From NCBI GenBank assembly GCA_025457885.1, contig JALOTN010000006.1:5635-69634 (forward strand): a stretch of 64,000 nucleotides of DNA, in the 5' to 3' direction. This DNA is from Thermoplasmatota archaeon (GTDB lineage Archaea > Thermoplasmatota > E2 > DHVEG-1). The translations under genes and the position numbers were made by a program. The notes beneath the pieces were generated by a model. The model was not told the origin of the DNA. It saw only the letters and a list, made by a program, of their open reading frames with translations, and searched no databases. Below, piece by piece: positions 35,687 through 44,701 of the stretch (position 1 is the stretch's first letter; the number at the start of each line of letters is the position of its first letter).

Positions 35687-36514
35687 ATGCTGAAACGAAA
35701 CAAAATCCACCACATGGATTGCCTCAAGGGAATCCCCCAGCTTCAAGACGCTTCGATAGATGTGATTGTGACCTCCCCGCCGTATAACATCGGAAAACCC
35801 TATCGCTCATATAATGATATCCGGCCACGGGATGAATACCTGACGTGGATGGAGACTATTGCGGCACACTGCGTCTCAAAACTCAAAGAGAACGGGTCGT
35901 TTTTCCTCAACGTGGGGGGAAAACCAACCGATCCCTGGATTGCGTTGGATATCGCCAGCAGATTCCGGAGCCATTATCTTTTACAGAACACGATCCATTG
36001 GATTAAATCCATCGCTATTCCAAAAGAAGACGTCGGAGACTACCCAGCGATTACTGATGACATCGCCGTAGGTCATTACCAGCCGGTGAACAGCAATCGA
36101 TACCTAAGCAATTGCCATGAGTACATCTTTCATTTCACCAAAACCGGTGCTGTTCCCATTGACCCCCTCGCGATAGGGGTGAAATACCAGGATAAAACCA
36201 ATATTGGTCGTTGGAAGAAAGCATCACAAGACCTCCGGGGGCGAGGCAACACTTGGTTCATCCCCTATGAGACCATCCGCTCCGCACGAGCCCATCCAAC
36301 GTTTTACCCAACAAAACTCCCTGAAATGTGCATCCGGCTTCATGGGATCCAAAAAGACATGCTCGTACTCGACCCGTTTATGGGGACTGGTTCGACCGCG
36401 CTTGCATGTCACCAGCTTGGGGTGGATTTCCTCGGTTTTGAGATCGACAAAACATACGTAGAAATCGCAGAACACTCCCTCAAAGGACAAGAAAGAAAAC
36501 ACAAACATCTTTGA
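35687..36514 (+). CDS. Beta-class DNA methyltransferase (N4-cytosine or N6-adenine), orphan
   Basis: Motif IV VTSPPYN precedes motif [14 protein letters not shown] (beta permutation). No adjacent nuclease-like ORF. Confidence 0.8.
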   Translation: MLKRNKIHHMDCLKGIPQLQDASIDVIVTSPPYNIGKPYRSYNDIRPRDEYLTWMETIAAHCVSKLKENGSFFLNVGGKPTDPWIALDIASRFRSHYLLQNTIHWIKSIAIPKEDVGDYPAITDDIAVGHYQPVNSNRYLSNCHEYIFHFTKTGAVPIDPLAIGVKYQDKTNIGRWKKASQDLRGRGNTWFIPYETIRSARAHPTFYPTKLPEMCIRLHGIQKDMLVLDPFMGTGSTALACHQLGVDFLGFEIDKTYVEIAEHSLKGQERKHKHL

Positions 36515-36581
36515 TGAAACACATTGGTGTTGCAGAACCCTGTTGTTTTTAATACCTCCGTAGTATAGCAGGGACGTATCT

Positions 36582-37700
36582 ATGAAAAAAATCACCCGCT
36601 GGCTCCATGAAAGCTCCTACTGCGGAGCGCTCTCACCAGCCTGCCGCATGTGTGCAAAAGGATCAAAAATGGTCCTCCTCATCACCGGACAGTGTTCCAC
36701 GAACTGCTTCTACTGTCCCCTCAGCTTCAAAAAAGCAGGGACCGATAAGATTTTTGCTGACGAATGGGAACTGAATGACGAACACGACACAAAAAAACTC
36801 ATCAAGGAGGCGGAAAACATCGAAGCCTCTGGTGCAGGAATCACGGGAGGCGATCCACTCATCGTTTGGCAGCGAACAAAGACCTATATTGCGTTGTTAA
36901 AAGAAACATTTGGTGCATCATTCCACATCCACCTCTATACCTCCGCGCTGAAAAACCCAGAACACCTCACTGACCTTATTGCGGCAGGTCTTGATGAAGT
37001 CCGGTTCCACCCGCTCCCCCACACCTGGGCTCATATGCAGAAAAGCCCGATAAAAAAAACAATACAACGCATGGTTGATTCTTCCATCGATGTTGCAATC
37101 GAAATCCCGGTTCTCCCCAAGAAAGAAACAGACATCCTTTCATTGCTCACCTGGGCCAACGAACAAGGCGTTCAGTACATCAACCTAAATGAGCTAGAGT
37201 TCTCCGAACGAAACTGCGATGAATTCCTCAAAAAAGGATACCAGGTGAAAAATGCGATCTCCGCTGCAGTGAAAGGCAGCCAACAGACCGCTGCAATCAT
37301 CATGAAGAAAGCCCAACAAGAAAACCTACAAATCGGGATCCATTACTGCTCTGTCTCATTCAAGGATGGAGTCCAACTCAAGAATCGTCTTATCCGCAGA
37401 GCATCTCATATTGCGACACCCTACGATGTGATTACCGATGAAGGGACCCTCATAAAAGGAGTCATCTACCCAGAAGATCATTCGTTAGCCTCTCTGCTTT
37501 CCGTCTTACAAAAAACACAGATGCTTCCCTCTCGCTTGTTCCGACTTGATTACGAAAAAGAACGCATCGAGATCGCTGCATGGGTACTACAGAAAATCGC
37601 ACCAGCCCTCACCAAACAAGGATTCCGGTGCTTCATCGTCGAGGAATACCCCACCGCAGATCGACTTGAAGTAGAGCGTACACCACTGCCTGCTCGGTGA
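36582..37700 (+). CDS. Radical SAM protein (COG2108-like)
   Basis: CSTNCFYC cluster motif and a GGDPL glycine-rich SAM motif. Length 372 aa. Confidence 0.7.
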   Translation: MKKITRWLHESSYCGALSPACRMCAKGSKMVLLITGQCSTNCFYCPLSFKKAGTDKIFADEWELNDEHDTKKLIKEAENIEASGAGITGGDPLIVWQRTKTYIALLKETFGASFHIHLYTSALKNPEHLTDLIAAGLDEVRFHPLPHTWAHMQKSPIKKTIQRMVDSSIDVAIEIPVLPKKETDILSLLTWANEQGVQYINLNELEFSERNCDEFLKKGYQVKNAISAAVKGSQQTAAIIMKKAQQENLQIGIHYCSVSFKDGVQLKNRLIRRASHIATPYDVITDEGTLIKGVIYPEDHSLASLLSVLQKTQMLPSRLFRLDYEKERIEIAAWVLQKIAPALTKQGFRCFIVEEYPTADRLEVERTPLPAR

Positions 37701-37704
37701 AAGG

Positions 37705-37714
37705 TTTTTATATA
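37705..37714 (+). promoter_or_regulatory. TATA-box-like element of the L7Ae-S28e-L24e operon
   Basis: tttttatata lies 73-82 nt upstream of ATG 37787. GGAGG (37773-37777) lies 10 nt upstream of the ATG. Confidence 0.4.
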
Positions 37715-37786
37715 GGAGCTACATTCCCACCTTACCATTCCCTCAGGGATGGATTCGATGAAAGCTCTCAAAGGAGGCTAAAAAAA

Positions 37787-38158
37787 ATGCCGATGTATGT
37801 ACGATTTCAAGCATCAAAAGAACTGCAAGATTTAGCCTATGAATTGATAGAAAAGGCTCGAGATGGGGGAAAACTAGGGAAAGGCGCTAATGAAGCCACC
37901 AAGTACGTCGAACGAGGCCAGGCAAAACTCGTCATCATGGCCGAGGACGTCACCCCTGAAGAAATCCTTGCACACATGCCACTTCTCTGCGAAGAAAAAA
38001 ACATTCCATACACCTATGTTCCTAGCAAAGAAGAACTTGGGAACGCCGCAGGACTTGGGATCCCAACGAGCGCGATTGCGATCGTCAACCCAGGCCGCGA
38101 GAAAGACCTCGTGGAAAACCTTATTAAAAAACTAGAGACAGAAAAGAAGCAGGGTTAA
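37787..38158 (+). CDS. rpl7ae: Ribosomal protein L7Ae (K-turn binding)
   Basis: [23 protein letters not shown] signature. ATG at 37787 lies within ORF 37697..38158. Confidence 0.93.
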   Translation: MPMYVRFQASKELQDLAYELIEKARDGGKLGKGANEATKYVERGQAKLVIMAEDVTPEEILAHMPLLCEEKNIPYTYVPSKEELGNAAGLGIPTSAIAIVNPGREKDLVENLIKKLETEKKQG

Positions 38159-38162
38159 GCAT

Positions 38163-38375
38163 ATGGTTATCGAAGGAACCCCTTGTGAAGTCGTTGAAGT
38201 CATCGAACGAACAGGGATGGCTGGTGAAGCGTCTCAAGTCAAAGTCCGTGTCCTTGATGGGCGAGACAAAGGAAAAATCATTACCCGGAACGTCATGGGA
38301 CCCGTTCGACTTGGAGACATCCTGATGTTAAGTGAAACACAACGAGAAGCAAAAAAACTAGGTGGACCACGATAA
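38163..38375 (+). CDS. rps28e: Ribosomal protein S28e
   Basis: [37 protein letters not shown] matches the S28e pattern. Confidence 0.92.
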   Translation: MVIEGTPCEVVEVIERTGMAGEASQVKVRVLDGRDKGKIITRNVMGPVRLGDILMLSETQREAKKLGGPR

Positions 38376-38388
38376 GAGGGAGACAGGT

Positions 38389-38574
38389 ATGGTCGAGAAA
38401 AGAACATGTTCATTTTGCGGGACAGACATTGAACCAGGAACAGGGAAACTCTTCGTGAAAAAAGATGGCACCTCATTATATTTTTGTAAGATGAAATGCC
38501 AGAAAAACATGTTACATCTGGGTCGTATCCCACGACGGGTACGATGGACGAAAAGTTACCTGAAAAAATCATAA
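38389..38574 (+). CDS. rpl24e: Ribosomal protein L24e
   Basis: CSFCGTDIEPGTGKLFVKKDGTSLYFCKMKC zinc-ribbon pattern. ATG at 38389 lies within ORF 38362..38574. Confidence 0.9.
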   Translation: MVEKRTCSFCGTDIEPGTGKLFVKKDGTSLYFCKMKCQKNMLHLGRIPRRVRWTKSYLKKS

Positions 38575-38590
38575 TCGGAACGAAAAAGAA

Positions 38591-39850
38591 ATGCATATCG
38601 AGCTGCCCTATGGGAAAGGGACGCTACCATTGGATGTCCCTGAGAAAAACCTTCTTGAAGTAGCAGTACCAAAAGAATTTATCCAACCACAGCAACCTGA
38701 GCTGATGATTCAAGAGGCGTTAAAAAATCCTTTTGGAACAAAACGACTATCCACCCTTGTCGGAGCAGGAGACACCATTGCGATTGTCATCGATGATTAC
38801 ACTAGACCCTGTCCGACTAAGATGATCCTTCCACCTGTGCTTGCTGAGTTGAAAACCGCTGGCGTCTATGACCTTGACATCCGAATCATCATCGCAACAG
38901 GGACACACACTCCCCCTTCCTCAGATGCCGTTAAGGAACTTGTCGGCGATAAGATTTTCCGCAATTACATGATTCTTTCCAATGATGCCGTACATGGAAC
39001 CCATGTGAATGTTGGAAGAACCAAACGAGGTAACGACATCGAGATTCTCAAGGACTATGTAGAAGCTGATTTTAAAATCCTTCTTGGTGACATCGAATAC
39101 CATTATTTCGCTGGATACGGTGGGACACGAAAAAGCATCCTGCCGGGGATCTCCTCGAAAAATACGATCCAACGGAACCATAGTCTCCTTTTTGAGAAAC
39201 ACTCCTGCATGGGGATGCTTAAGGAAAACCCCATCAACCAGGAGATGAATGAGGCGATGCATCTTGCGGGATGCGATTTCGCCCTCAGTGTCGTACAAAA
39301 TTCCCAGCATCGGATCGTCGGAGCCTGGGCTGGAAAACCAGAGCTTGTAATGGATGCGGGTGTCAAACTCGTCGACACCATGTATAAAAAAGAAATCGCA
39401 GTAGCACCAGATATCATCATCACCGCGGCCAATGGCCATCCCCATGACATCAACCTGTATCAAGCGATGAAAGCCATGCATACCGCGTGTCAGATCATCA
39501 AACCTCATGGCGTTATTATTCTGATCGCTGAATGCCCTCAGCACCATGGTAGCCAACTCTATATCGATTGGATGAGGAACTATAAAACGTCACAAGAGAT
39601 ACAACAAGCGTTGCGTAAGAATTTCATTATTGGTGCTCATAAAGCGTTTTACCATCGGGTGACCATCGAGAACCATCCGGTGTTTTTTATCTCAGAGATG
39701 AACACACCAGATGTAACGGAACTATTTGGTTTTAGAAAAGAAAAAACACCGAATGATGCCTTAGCACATGCATTGAAGATTTCTGGGGAGGATTCCAAAG
39801 TTCTCGTCGTCCCACAGGGGACAACAACGTTCTTACGTATTCAACAATAA
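38591..39850 (+). CDS. LarA-family (nickel-pincer-dependent lactate racemase-like, DUF2088) protein
   Basis: IIATGTHTP and YHYFAGYGGTRKSILPG (the Lys of the cofactor-tethering region) fit the LarA pattern. Length 419 aa. Confidence 0.7.
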   Translation: MHIELPYGKGTLPLDVPEKNLLEVAVPKEFIQPQQPELMIQEALKNPFGTKRLSTLVGAGDTIAIVIDDYTRPCPTKMILPPVLAELKTAGVYDLDIRIIIATGTHTPPSSDAVKELVGDKIFRNYMILSNDAVHGTHVNVGRTKRGNDIEILKDYVEADFKILLGDIEYHYFAGYGGTRKSILPGISSKNTIQRNHSLLFEKHSCMGMLKENPINQEMNEAMHLAGCDFALSVVQNSQHRIVGAWAGKPELVMDAGVKLVDTMYKKEIAVAPDIIITAANGHPHDINLYQAMKAMHTACQIIKPHGVIILIAECPQHHGSQLYIDWMRNYKTSQEIQQALRKNFIIGAHKAFYHRVTIENHPVFFISEMNTPDVTELFGFRKEKTPNDALAHALKISGEDSKVLVVPQGTTTFLRIQQ

Positions 39851-39860
39851 AATTTTGATG

Positions 39861-39891
39861 TTTTTTTCAACAAAAATGAAGAATCATTTTT
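39861..39891 (+). terminator. T7 run plus perfect 8-bp hairpin after the larA-like gene
   Basis: ttttttt at 39861-39867. AAAAATGA-agaa-TCATTTTT at 39872-39891. Confidence 0.4.
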
Positions 39892-39966
39892 CCGAATACT
39901 ATCTTATTCGTTCCAAAAACGTTTTTACAGGGAAAAAGTAACAGATACTCGATATGTATTTAGAGG

Positions 39967-39980
39967 AAAAAATATATAGA
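39967..39980 (+). promoter_or_regulatory. TATA-box-like element upstream of the 40035 gene
   Basis: aaaaaatatataga lies 55-68 nt upstream of ATG 40035. Confidence 0.35.
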
Positions 39981-40034
39981 AAGTTTTATTAGTAATGACA
40001 CCTATGTACAATTGTTGTGTTATGGGGGAATCCT

Positions 40035-42152
40035 ATGCATAAAATAATAAAAATTGGTTTAATTATTGGTATTACTATCGCTTTTTTAACGCCAGTATCG
40101 TTAGTTATCGCTGATGATATTGAACCACCGGTCATCACCTCTATCCTCTATACACCCCATGCTGGTGTACGGACTGACCCTGGTTTCTTCTTATACCAAT
40201 CCTGCATTGTCACTGATAATGTCAGTGTCGCTGATGTGAAAATCAACATGACTGGACCAGCGGGATTTACTCCGATAAACACTACCATGACCAATGCAGG
40301 CGGGGGCAACTACTCCTATCAAGTCGATCCTGTTACCTTTTCAGGAACTTACACCTTTTTCATCTGGGCTATTGACACCTCAAACAACACTGCTCAATCA
40401 AGTCTCTATCATATGCTTGTGTTCGAAAATTATCTTCCTTATATTCATGTCGATGGGAATAACACCGTAGGCCCCTGGAATGGGACTGAGGAATATCCGT
40501 TACAGTTCATCAGTGATGCACTCGCGGTGCTTGCCGAGAACGGGACGATCTTTTTACATGCGGGAGTGTATCAGAACACGTCAATCTCTCTTGAAAAAAA
40601 CATGGTTCTCCTAGGTGAAAACCAACAGACCACTATTCTTGACGGCGCAGGGTTGACTGCGATTGAAATCAACGGGAATTATCTGGTCACCATTTCACAA
40701 CTGACGATTCAAAATGCAGGCATTGGAATCTCATTATTTAATGGAACGAATGCGACGATCTCCTCGTGTATCTTCACAAACAATCTCATCAGTGGCATCG
40801 ATCTTTATGAGTATCATAACCTCCTGGTTACGGATTGTGTTTTTCTTGATAACGCAAAAGCGATTCAGCTGACGAATGCGACGGACAATAAGATTTATCA
40901 TAACAACTTCATCAACAATCTTGTTCATGTTTCATGTCACCTCGATACCTCCTACAACATATGGGATAATGGAGTGACTGGGAACTACTGGGATAATTAT
41001 CGGTTGCTGTATCCCGCAGCCGACATCGACCCGTCAACAGGTACTTGGGACACTGCGTATGTGGTCAACGTCTCAGGGATCAATATCGATAATCACCCCT
41101 GGGTCTACCCTTCAGGATATATTGATACGATTCCACCACAGGTGACGGTTCTTTTCCCGAACGGGGGAGAAACCCTCTATGGAGAAATCACTATTCAATG
41201 GACTGCAACTGATGATCAAACCCTGGATTTGGACGGATCCATCCTCCTTGAATACAGCGCTGATAACGGCGCTAGTTGGAATACTATAGCTGCCCAGTTG
41301 AACAACACCGGGTCATATCTTTGGAACACCAGCCTTGTCTCCGATGGAGGCCTGTATCTTATTGCAGTGACTGCGATTGATGAGTTCTACAACGTTGGCA
41401 CAGATCGATCTGATGCAGTGTTCATCATCAATAACTTTGCCATGGAAACACCTGAGATCACTGGTCCTTTCCAGGGGGGAAATGGGATTCCCTTCAGCTT
41501 TACTGCTGTGGCGTATCATCCTGGTGGTGAACAGATTTACTATATCTGGGACTGGGGGGATGGCAACATTAGTGAATGGTATGGTCCGTACAACTCCAGT
41601 GTGCCGATGACGATAACGAACATCTGGGCAAATGACGGAGTCTATGATGTCCGGGTCAAAGCACGATACTCTGGTGGGAGCGAAAGCAACTGGTCCACGG
41701 TTCATCCCATGGTCGTTGCGGAACAGATTAATTTCTCCAATGTAAAACTAGGGACTATCTACTTTAAATTGTTCAATTTCAACCGTTCATTTATTTTCTC
41801 TGAATTCCTTGCTCGTATTGGGATGGTATTTATCCTTACTACCCATGAAATGGAGTTACAGGGTTATGCAACTGATGTAGTCAAAAAAGTGGACTTTCTT
41901 GCAGAAAACCAATTGAAGATTGAGACGGGGCAATTCACTGATGATGACGGCTCCGATGGGTTCTCCTGTGTGTTGAATGTAACCCGAGGAGCATATATCC
42001 TGAATATCACTGCCTATGATGCCAATGGAACCTTAGTCGATAAATATAGCCTCTTTACTGTCTTCTTCATCCGAATCGGGCGGTATGCCACAGGACTTGG
42101 CGGCGAGGGTCGCTTGCAGCGTCTCCAGGATATCCCCCGATTACGCGATTAA
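40035..42152 (+). CDS. Secreted right-handed beta-helix (NosD-like) plus PKD-module protein
   Basis: Signal IGLIIGITIAFLTPVSLVIA. Parallel beta-helix repeats LTIQNAGIGISLFNGTNATISSCIFTNNLISGIDLY. PKD-like IYYIWDWGDGNISEWYGPY. The C-terminal domain is shared with the next gene. Confidence 0.7.
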   Translation: MHKIIKIGLIIGITIAFLTPVSLVIADDIEPPVITSILYTPHAGVRTDPGFFLYQSCIVTDNVSVADVKINMTGPAGFTPINTTMTNAGGGNYSYQVDPVTFSGTYTFFIWAIDTSNNTAQSSLYHMLVFENYLPYIHVDGNNTVGPWNGTEEYPLQFISDALAVLAENGTIFLHAGVYQNTSISLEKNMVLLGENQQTTILDGAGLTAIEINGNYLVTISQLTIQNAGIGISLFNGTNATISSCIFTNNLISGIDLYEYHNLLVTDCVFLDNAKAIQLTNATDNKIYHNNFINNLVHVSCHLDTSYNIWDNGVTGNYWDNYRLLYPAADIDPSTGTWDTAYVVNVSGINIDNHPWVYPSGYIDTIPPQVTVLFPNGGETLYGEITIQWTATDDQTLDLDGSILLEYSADNGASWNTIAAQLNNTGSYLWNTSLVSDGGLYLIAVTAIDEFYNVGTDRSDAVFIINNFAMETPEITGPFQGGNGIPFSFTAVAYHPGGEQIYYIWDWGDGNISEWYGPYNSSVPMTITNIWANDGVYDVRVKARYSGGSESNWSTVHPMVVAEQINFSNVKLGTIYFKLFNFNRSFIFSEFLARIGMVFILTTHEMELQGYATDVVKKVDFLAENQLKIETGQFTDDDGSDGFSCVLNVTRGAYILNITAYDANGTLVDKYSLFTVFFIRIGRYATGLGGEGRLQRLQDIPRLRD

Positions 42153-42217
42153 AGAAGAATATTTAAATAGTAAGAAATCGAACATACCTATGAAGGAGAA
42201 ATGAGAATCATCCTCTT

Positions 42218-43318
42218 GTGGATGAAATGATAAAAAATAATATGAGGGATTATATGAAGAAAAAATATGTTAATATTCTTGTCTGTGTCGGAATGCTGTT
42301 GGCAACCTTCACTAGTTTCGGTTACCCCACTGCATCGGCACAACCTCCTGCCGTGCCTAGCGAACCAATCCCATCACCAGGGTCAAGCAGTGTCACCGTG
42401 TTTGTGGACCTGGAATGGGCTGGTGGTGAGCAGAACGTATCCTTTGATATCTATTTTGGTGTTGAAAACCCACCACCATTGGTCTTAACTGACGTCCTAG
42501 AGCCGAAGTATGAACCTGAGCGTCTTTTGTTGAACACGACGTATTACTGGCAGATTGTTTCTCATAACAGTCTCTATGAATACACCACGGGACCCATCTG
42601 GAATTTCACCACTGCGGGGAATCAACCGCCATTCAAACCAACGGTCCTTGATGGGCCTCAGAACGCTGGGAAAAATATACCCTTGGAGTTCGTGACCGTC
42701 GCCCCTGATCCGGAGGGAGACAAAGTCATGTATCAATGGGACTGGGGGGACGGCAACGTCAGTGACTGGTACGGTCCGTATGAATTCGGTGAGCAAACTA
42801 CGACAACCCATCAATGGGTTGAAAATGGAACCTATGAGGTAAAAGTACGGGCACGAGATGATTCCGGCAAACAGAGCGGCTGGTCAAAGGCTTATAATGT
42901 GACTATCCAACCTCAAGTCGAGTTATCAAACTGTAAACCAGGGTACCTTTACTTTGTGTTCTTAACCTTTGACAAAACCTATGGATATATTTACTCACTG
43001 GATCTCCTAGGTATATCCCTGATCATAAGCACCGGTGGGATGCGGGTCAATGCCATTGGCTCTGATTCTGTTCACTCCGTGGTTTTCCAGATGCAGAATA
43101 AATTTTTAGAGGACCAACGATGGAATGCGACCTCCATCAATGAAACCGGAACTGTGTATGAGGGGTACTTCTACCTCAACGACGGTCTGTATGAGACCTC
43201 CGCGTATGCCTACGACAGCGCGGGTCGCTTGATTGACCGAGCATCCCGTCAGTACGTCATCTACTATGAGTGGAAGTTCATCTTGCTTAAACAACTCCTG
43301 GGTCTTGGTGCAACCTAA
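42218..43318 (+). CDS. Secreted FN3/PKD-module protein, paralogous C-terminal half to the 40035 gene
   Basis: Signal after MKKKY (probable start 42254). VMYQWDWGDGNVSDWYGPY...GTYEVKVRARDDSGKQSGWS. The C-terminal about 130 aa aligns with 40035..42152. Confidence 0.7.
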   Translation: MDEMIKNNMRDYMKKKYVNILVCVGMLLATFTSFGYPTASAQPPAVPSEPIPSPGSSSVTVFVDLEWAGGEQNVSFDIYFGVENPPPLVLTDVLEPKYEPERLLLNTTYYWQIVSHNSLYEYTTGPIWNFTTAGNQPPFKPTVLDGPQNAGKNIPLEFVTVAPDPEGDKVMYQWDWGDGNVSDWYGPYEFGEQTTTTHQWVENGTYEVKVRARDDSGKQSGWSKAYNVTIQPQVELSNCKPGYLYFVFLTFDKTYGYIYSLDLLGISLIISTGGMRVNAIGSDSVHSVVFQMQNKFLEDQRWNATSINETGTVYEGYFYLNDGLYETSAYAYDSAGRLIDRASRQYVIYYEWKFILLKQLLGLGAT

Positions 43319-43374
43319 GATACCAAGAGAGAACCACTCGATGGATCGACTCCCCTACTGGAGTCTTTCCCCTG

Positions 43375-43384
43375 TTTTTTTTTT
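43375..43384 (+). terminator. T10 tract (followed by A9) after the 42218..43318 gene
   Basis: tttttttttt then aaaaaaaaa, 57 nt after the stop. Confidence 0.45.
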
Positions 43385-43454
43385 AAAAAAAAATTGAGAC
43401 CGCTGAGAATTCTTATAGGCTTAAATACCTTAGTGTGATTCCTTTCATCATTAA

Positions 43455-43973
43455 TTGGGGGTGAAATCGATCGATGAGGTAACAATAAAAATCATCGCGA
43501 TAGAAAAAAACGATGATGTGAATTTCATTTTCGGACAAACACATTTCATCAAAACCGTTGAAGACCTGTACGAGGCGATGAAAAATACGGTTCCCAACGG
43601 AAAGTTCGGTATCGCGTTTTGCGAAGCCAGTGGAGCCTGTAAGATCCGCAGCGAGGGCAACGATGCCGCTTTACAGAAACTTGCGGAGAAAAACGCCCAA
43701 AACATCGGAGCAGGACATACCTTTCTGATTTTCATGAAGGACTGTTATCCTCTGAATGTGCTTAATGCCATCAAAAACGTCCCTGAGGTCTGCAATATTT
43801 TCTGTGCAACTGCAAATCCAACCAAGGTCGTGGTGGCCGAATCAAAACTCGGCTCAGGAACTGGTCGAGGCATCCTTGGTGTCATCGACGGATTCATCCC
43901 CACCGGTGTAGAGACCACTGAGGAGATAGCCTGGCGGAAGAACTTCCTACGGCAGATTGGTTATAAACTCTAA
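43455..43973 (+). CDS. Adenosine-specific kinase-like protein (Adenosine_kin/DUF355 family)
   Basis: FGQTHFIKTVEDLYEAM...GIAFCEASG...GAGHTFLIFM...FCATANP pattern recalled for this archaeal family. Confidence 0.65.
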   Translation: MGVKSIDEVTIKIIAIEKNDDVNFIFGQTHFIKTVEDLYEAMKNTVPNGKFGIAFCEASGACKIRSEGNDAALQKLAEKNAQNIGAGHTFLIFMKDCYPLNVLNAIKNVPEVCNIFCATANPTKVVVAESKLGSGTGRGILGVIDGFIPTGVETTEEIAWRKNFLRQIGYKL

Positions 43974-44614
43974 CGGTCATGGCCGTGTTTTCCAACCAGC
44001 GGCACAAACACACATCCACCCAGATTTCGGATTGTTTGTTTTTGATGCTCTTTTGTAAGAAGGGTAAGGTCACAGTACATATCACCGACTGGGACAAGGA
44101 GTTTTCCTGGGTCTTGTAATTGATCAATCAACGGTTGTGGAATGCGAGGGGCGGCACAAGTGACATAGATCCGATCATAGGACTGATGCGCAGGAAGCCC
44201 GCAGGATCCATCACCGACTTCCACCACCACGTTAGAACAATGGATCTGCTCAAGGTTCTGTTTAGCGGTCGCTGCCAGCGTCTGAAATCGTTCGATGGTA
44301 TACACCATGCCGGTGTTCCCAACAATGTGTGCTACGATTGCGGCATGATACCCAGAACCTGTACCAACCTCTAAAATTCTCTGGCCCTTGTGGAGGTCCA
44401 ATGCCTCACACATGATTGCGACCATATGAGGAGCCGAGATCGTCTGACCATTCCCAATGTCCAAGGGGGTGTCCACATATGCATAGGTCTTGAGAGCCTC
44501 TGGGACGAAGACTTCTCGGGGAACGTCTCGGAAAGCCTGGATCACTGCATCGGTGTGAAGATACCCTTCCGTGTGCAGTTGATTGACCAGTCGGTCTCGT
44601 TCTTGTTCAAACAT
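43970..44614 (-). CDS. pcm: Protein-L-isoaspartate O-methyltransferase
   Basis: DVPREVFVP, ISAPHMVA and ILEVGTGSGYHAAI SAM motif. ATG at 44614 is preferred within ORF 43970..44662. 4-nt convergent overlap with the previous gene. Confidence 0.88.
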   Translation of the reverse strand: MFEQERDRLVNQLHTEGYLHTDAVIQAFRDVPREVFVPEALKTYAYVDTPLDIGNGQTISAPHMVAIMCEALDLHKGQRILEVGTGSGYHAAIVAHIVGNTGMVYTIERFQTLAATAKQNLEQIHCSNVVVEVGDGSCGLPAHQSYDRIYVTCAAPRIPQPLIDQLQDPGKLLVPVGDMYCDLTLLTKEHQKQTIRNLGGCVFVPLVGKHGHDR

Positions 44615-44701
44615 ATGATACTCTTTGAGTAAATGATCAAGATATATATCACCTTGCACCATTTATTTTTTATACCAAGAATCTATTTTCAGCCTTCTAT
44701 T

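Noticed and set aside
33675-36514. Integrated mobile element bounded by tRNA-Ile and containing the HNH-like gene and the methyltransferase
   Set aside because: There is no integrase and no visible direct repeat of the tRNA 3' end. The core gene glnA sits between the two candidates. Only a weak 'eroded element' note is kept as a finding.
35687-36514. Complete restriction-modification system
   Set aside because: No endonuclease-like ORF is adjacent on either side, so it is treated as an orphan methyltransferase.
38921-39556. 211-aa ORF antisense to the LarA-family gene
   Set aside because: A shadow ORF within a gene that has clear family motifs. It has no motifs of its own.
43375-43393. T10A9 palindrome as a special element
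   Set aside because: It is adequately explained as an oligo-T terminator after the 42218..43318 gene, followed by A/T-rich promoter DNA for the next gene.
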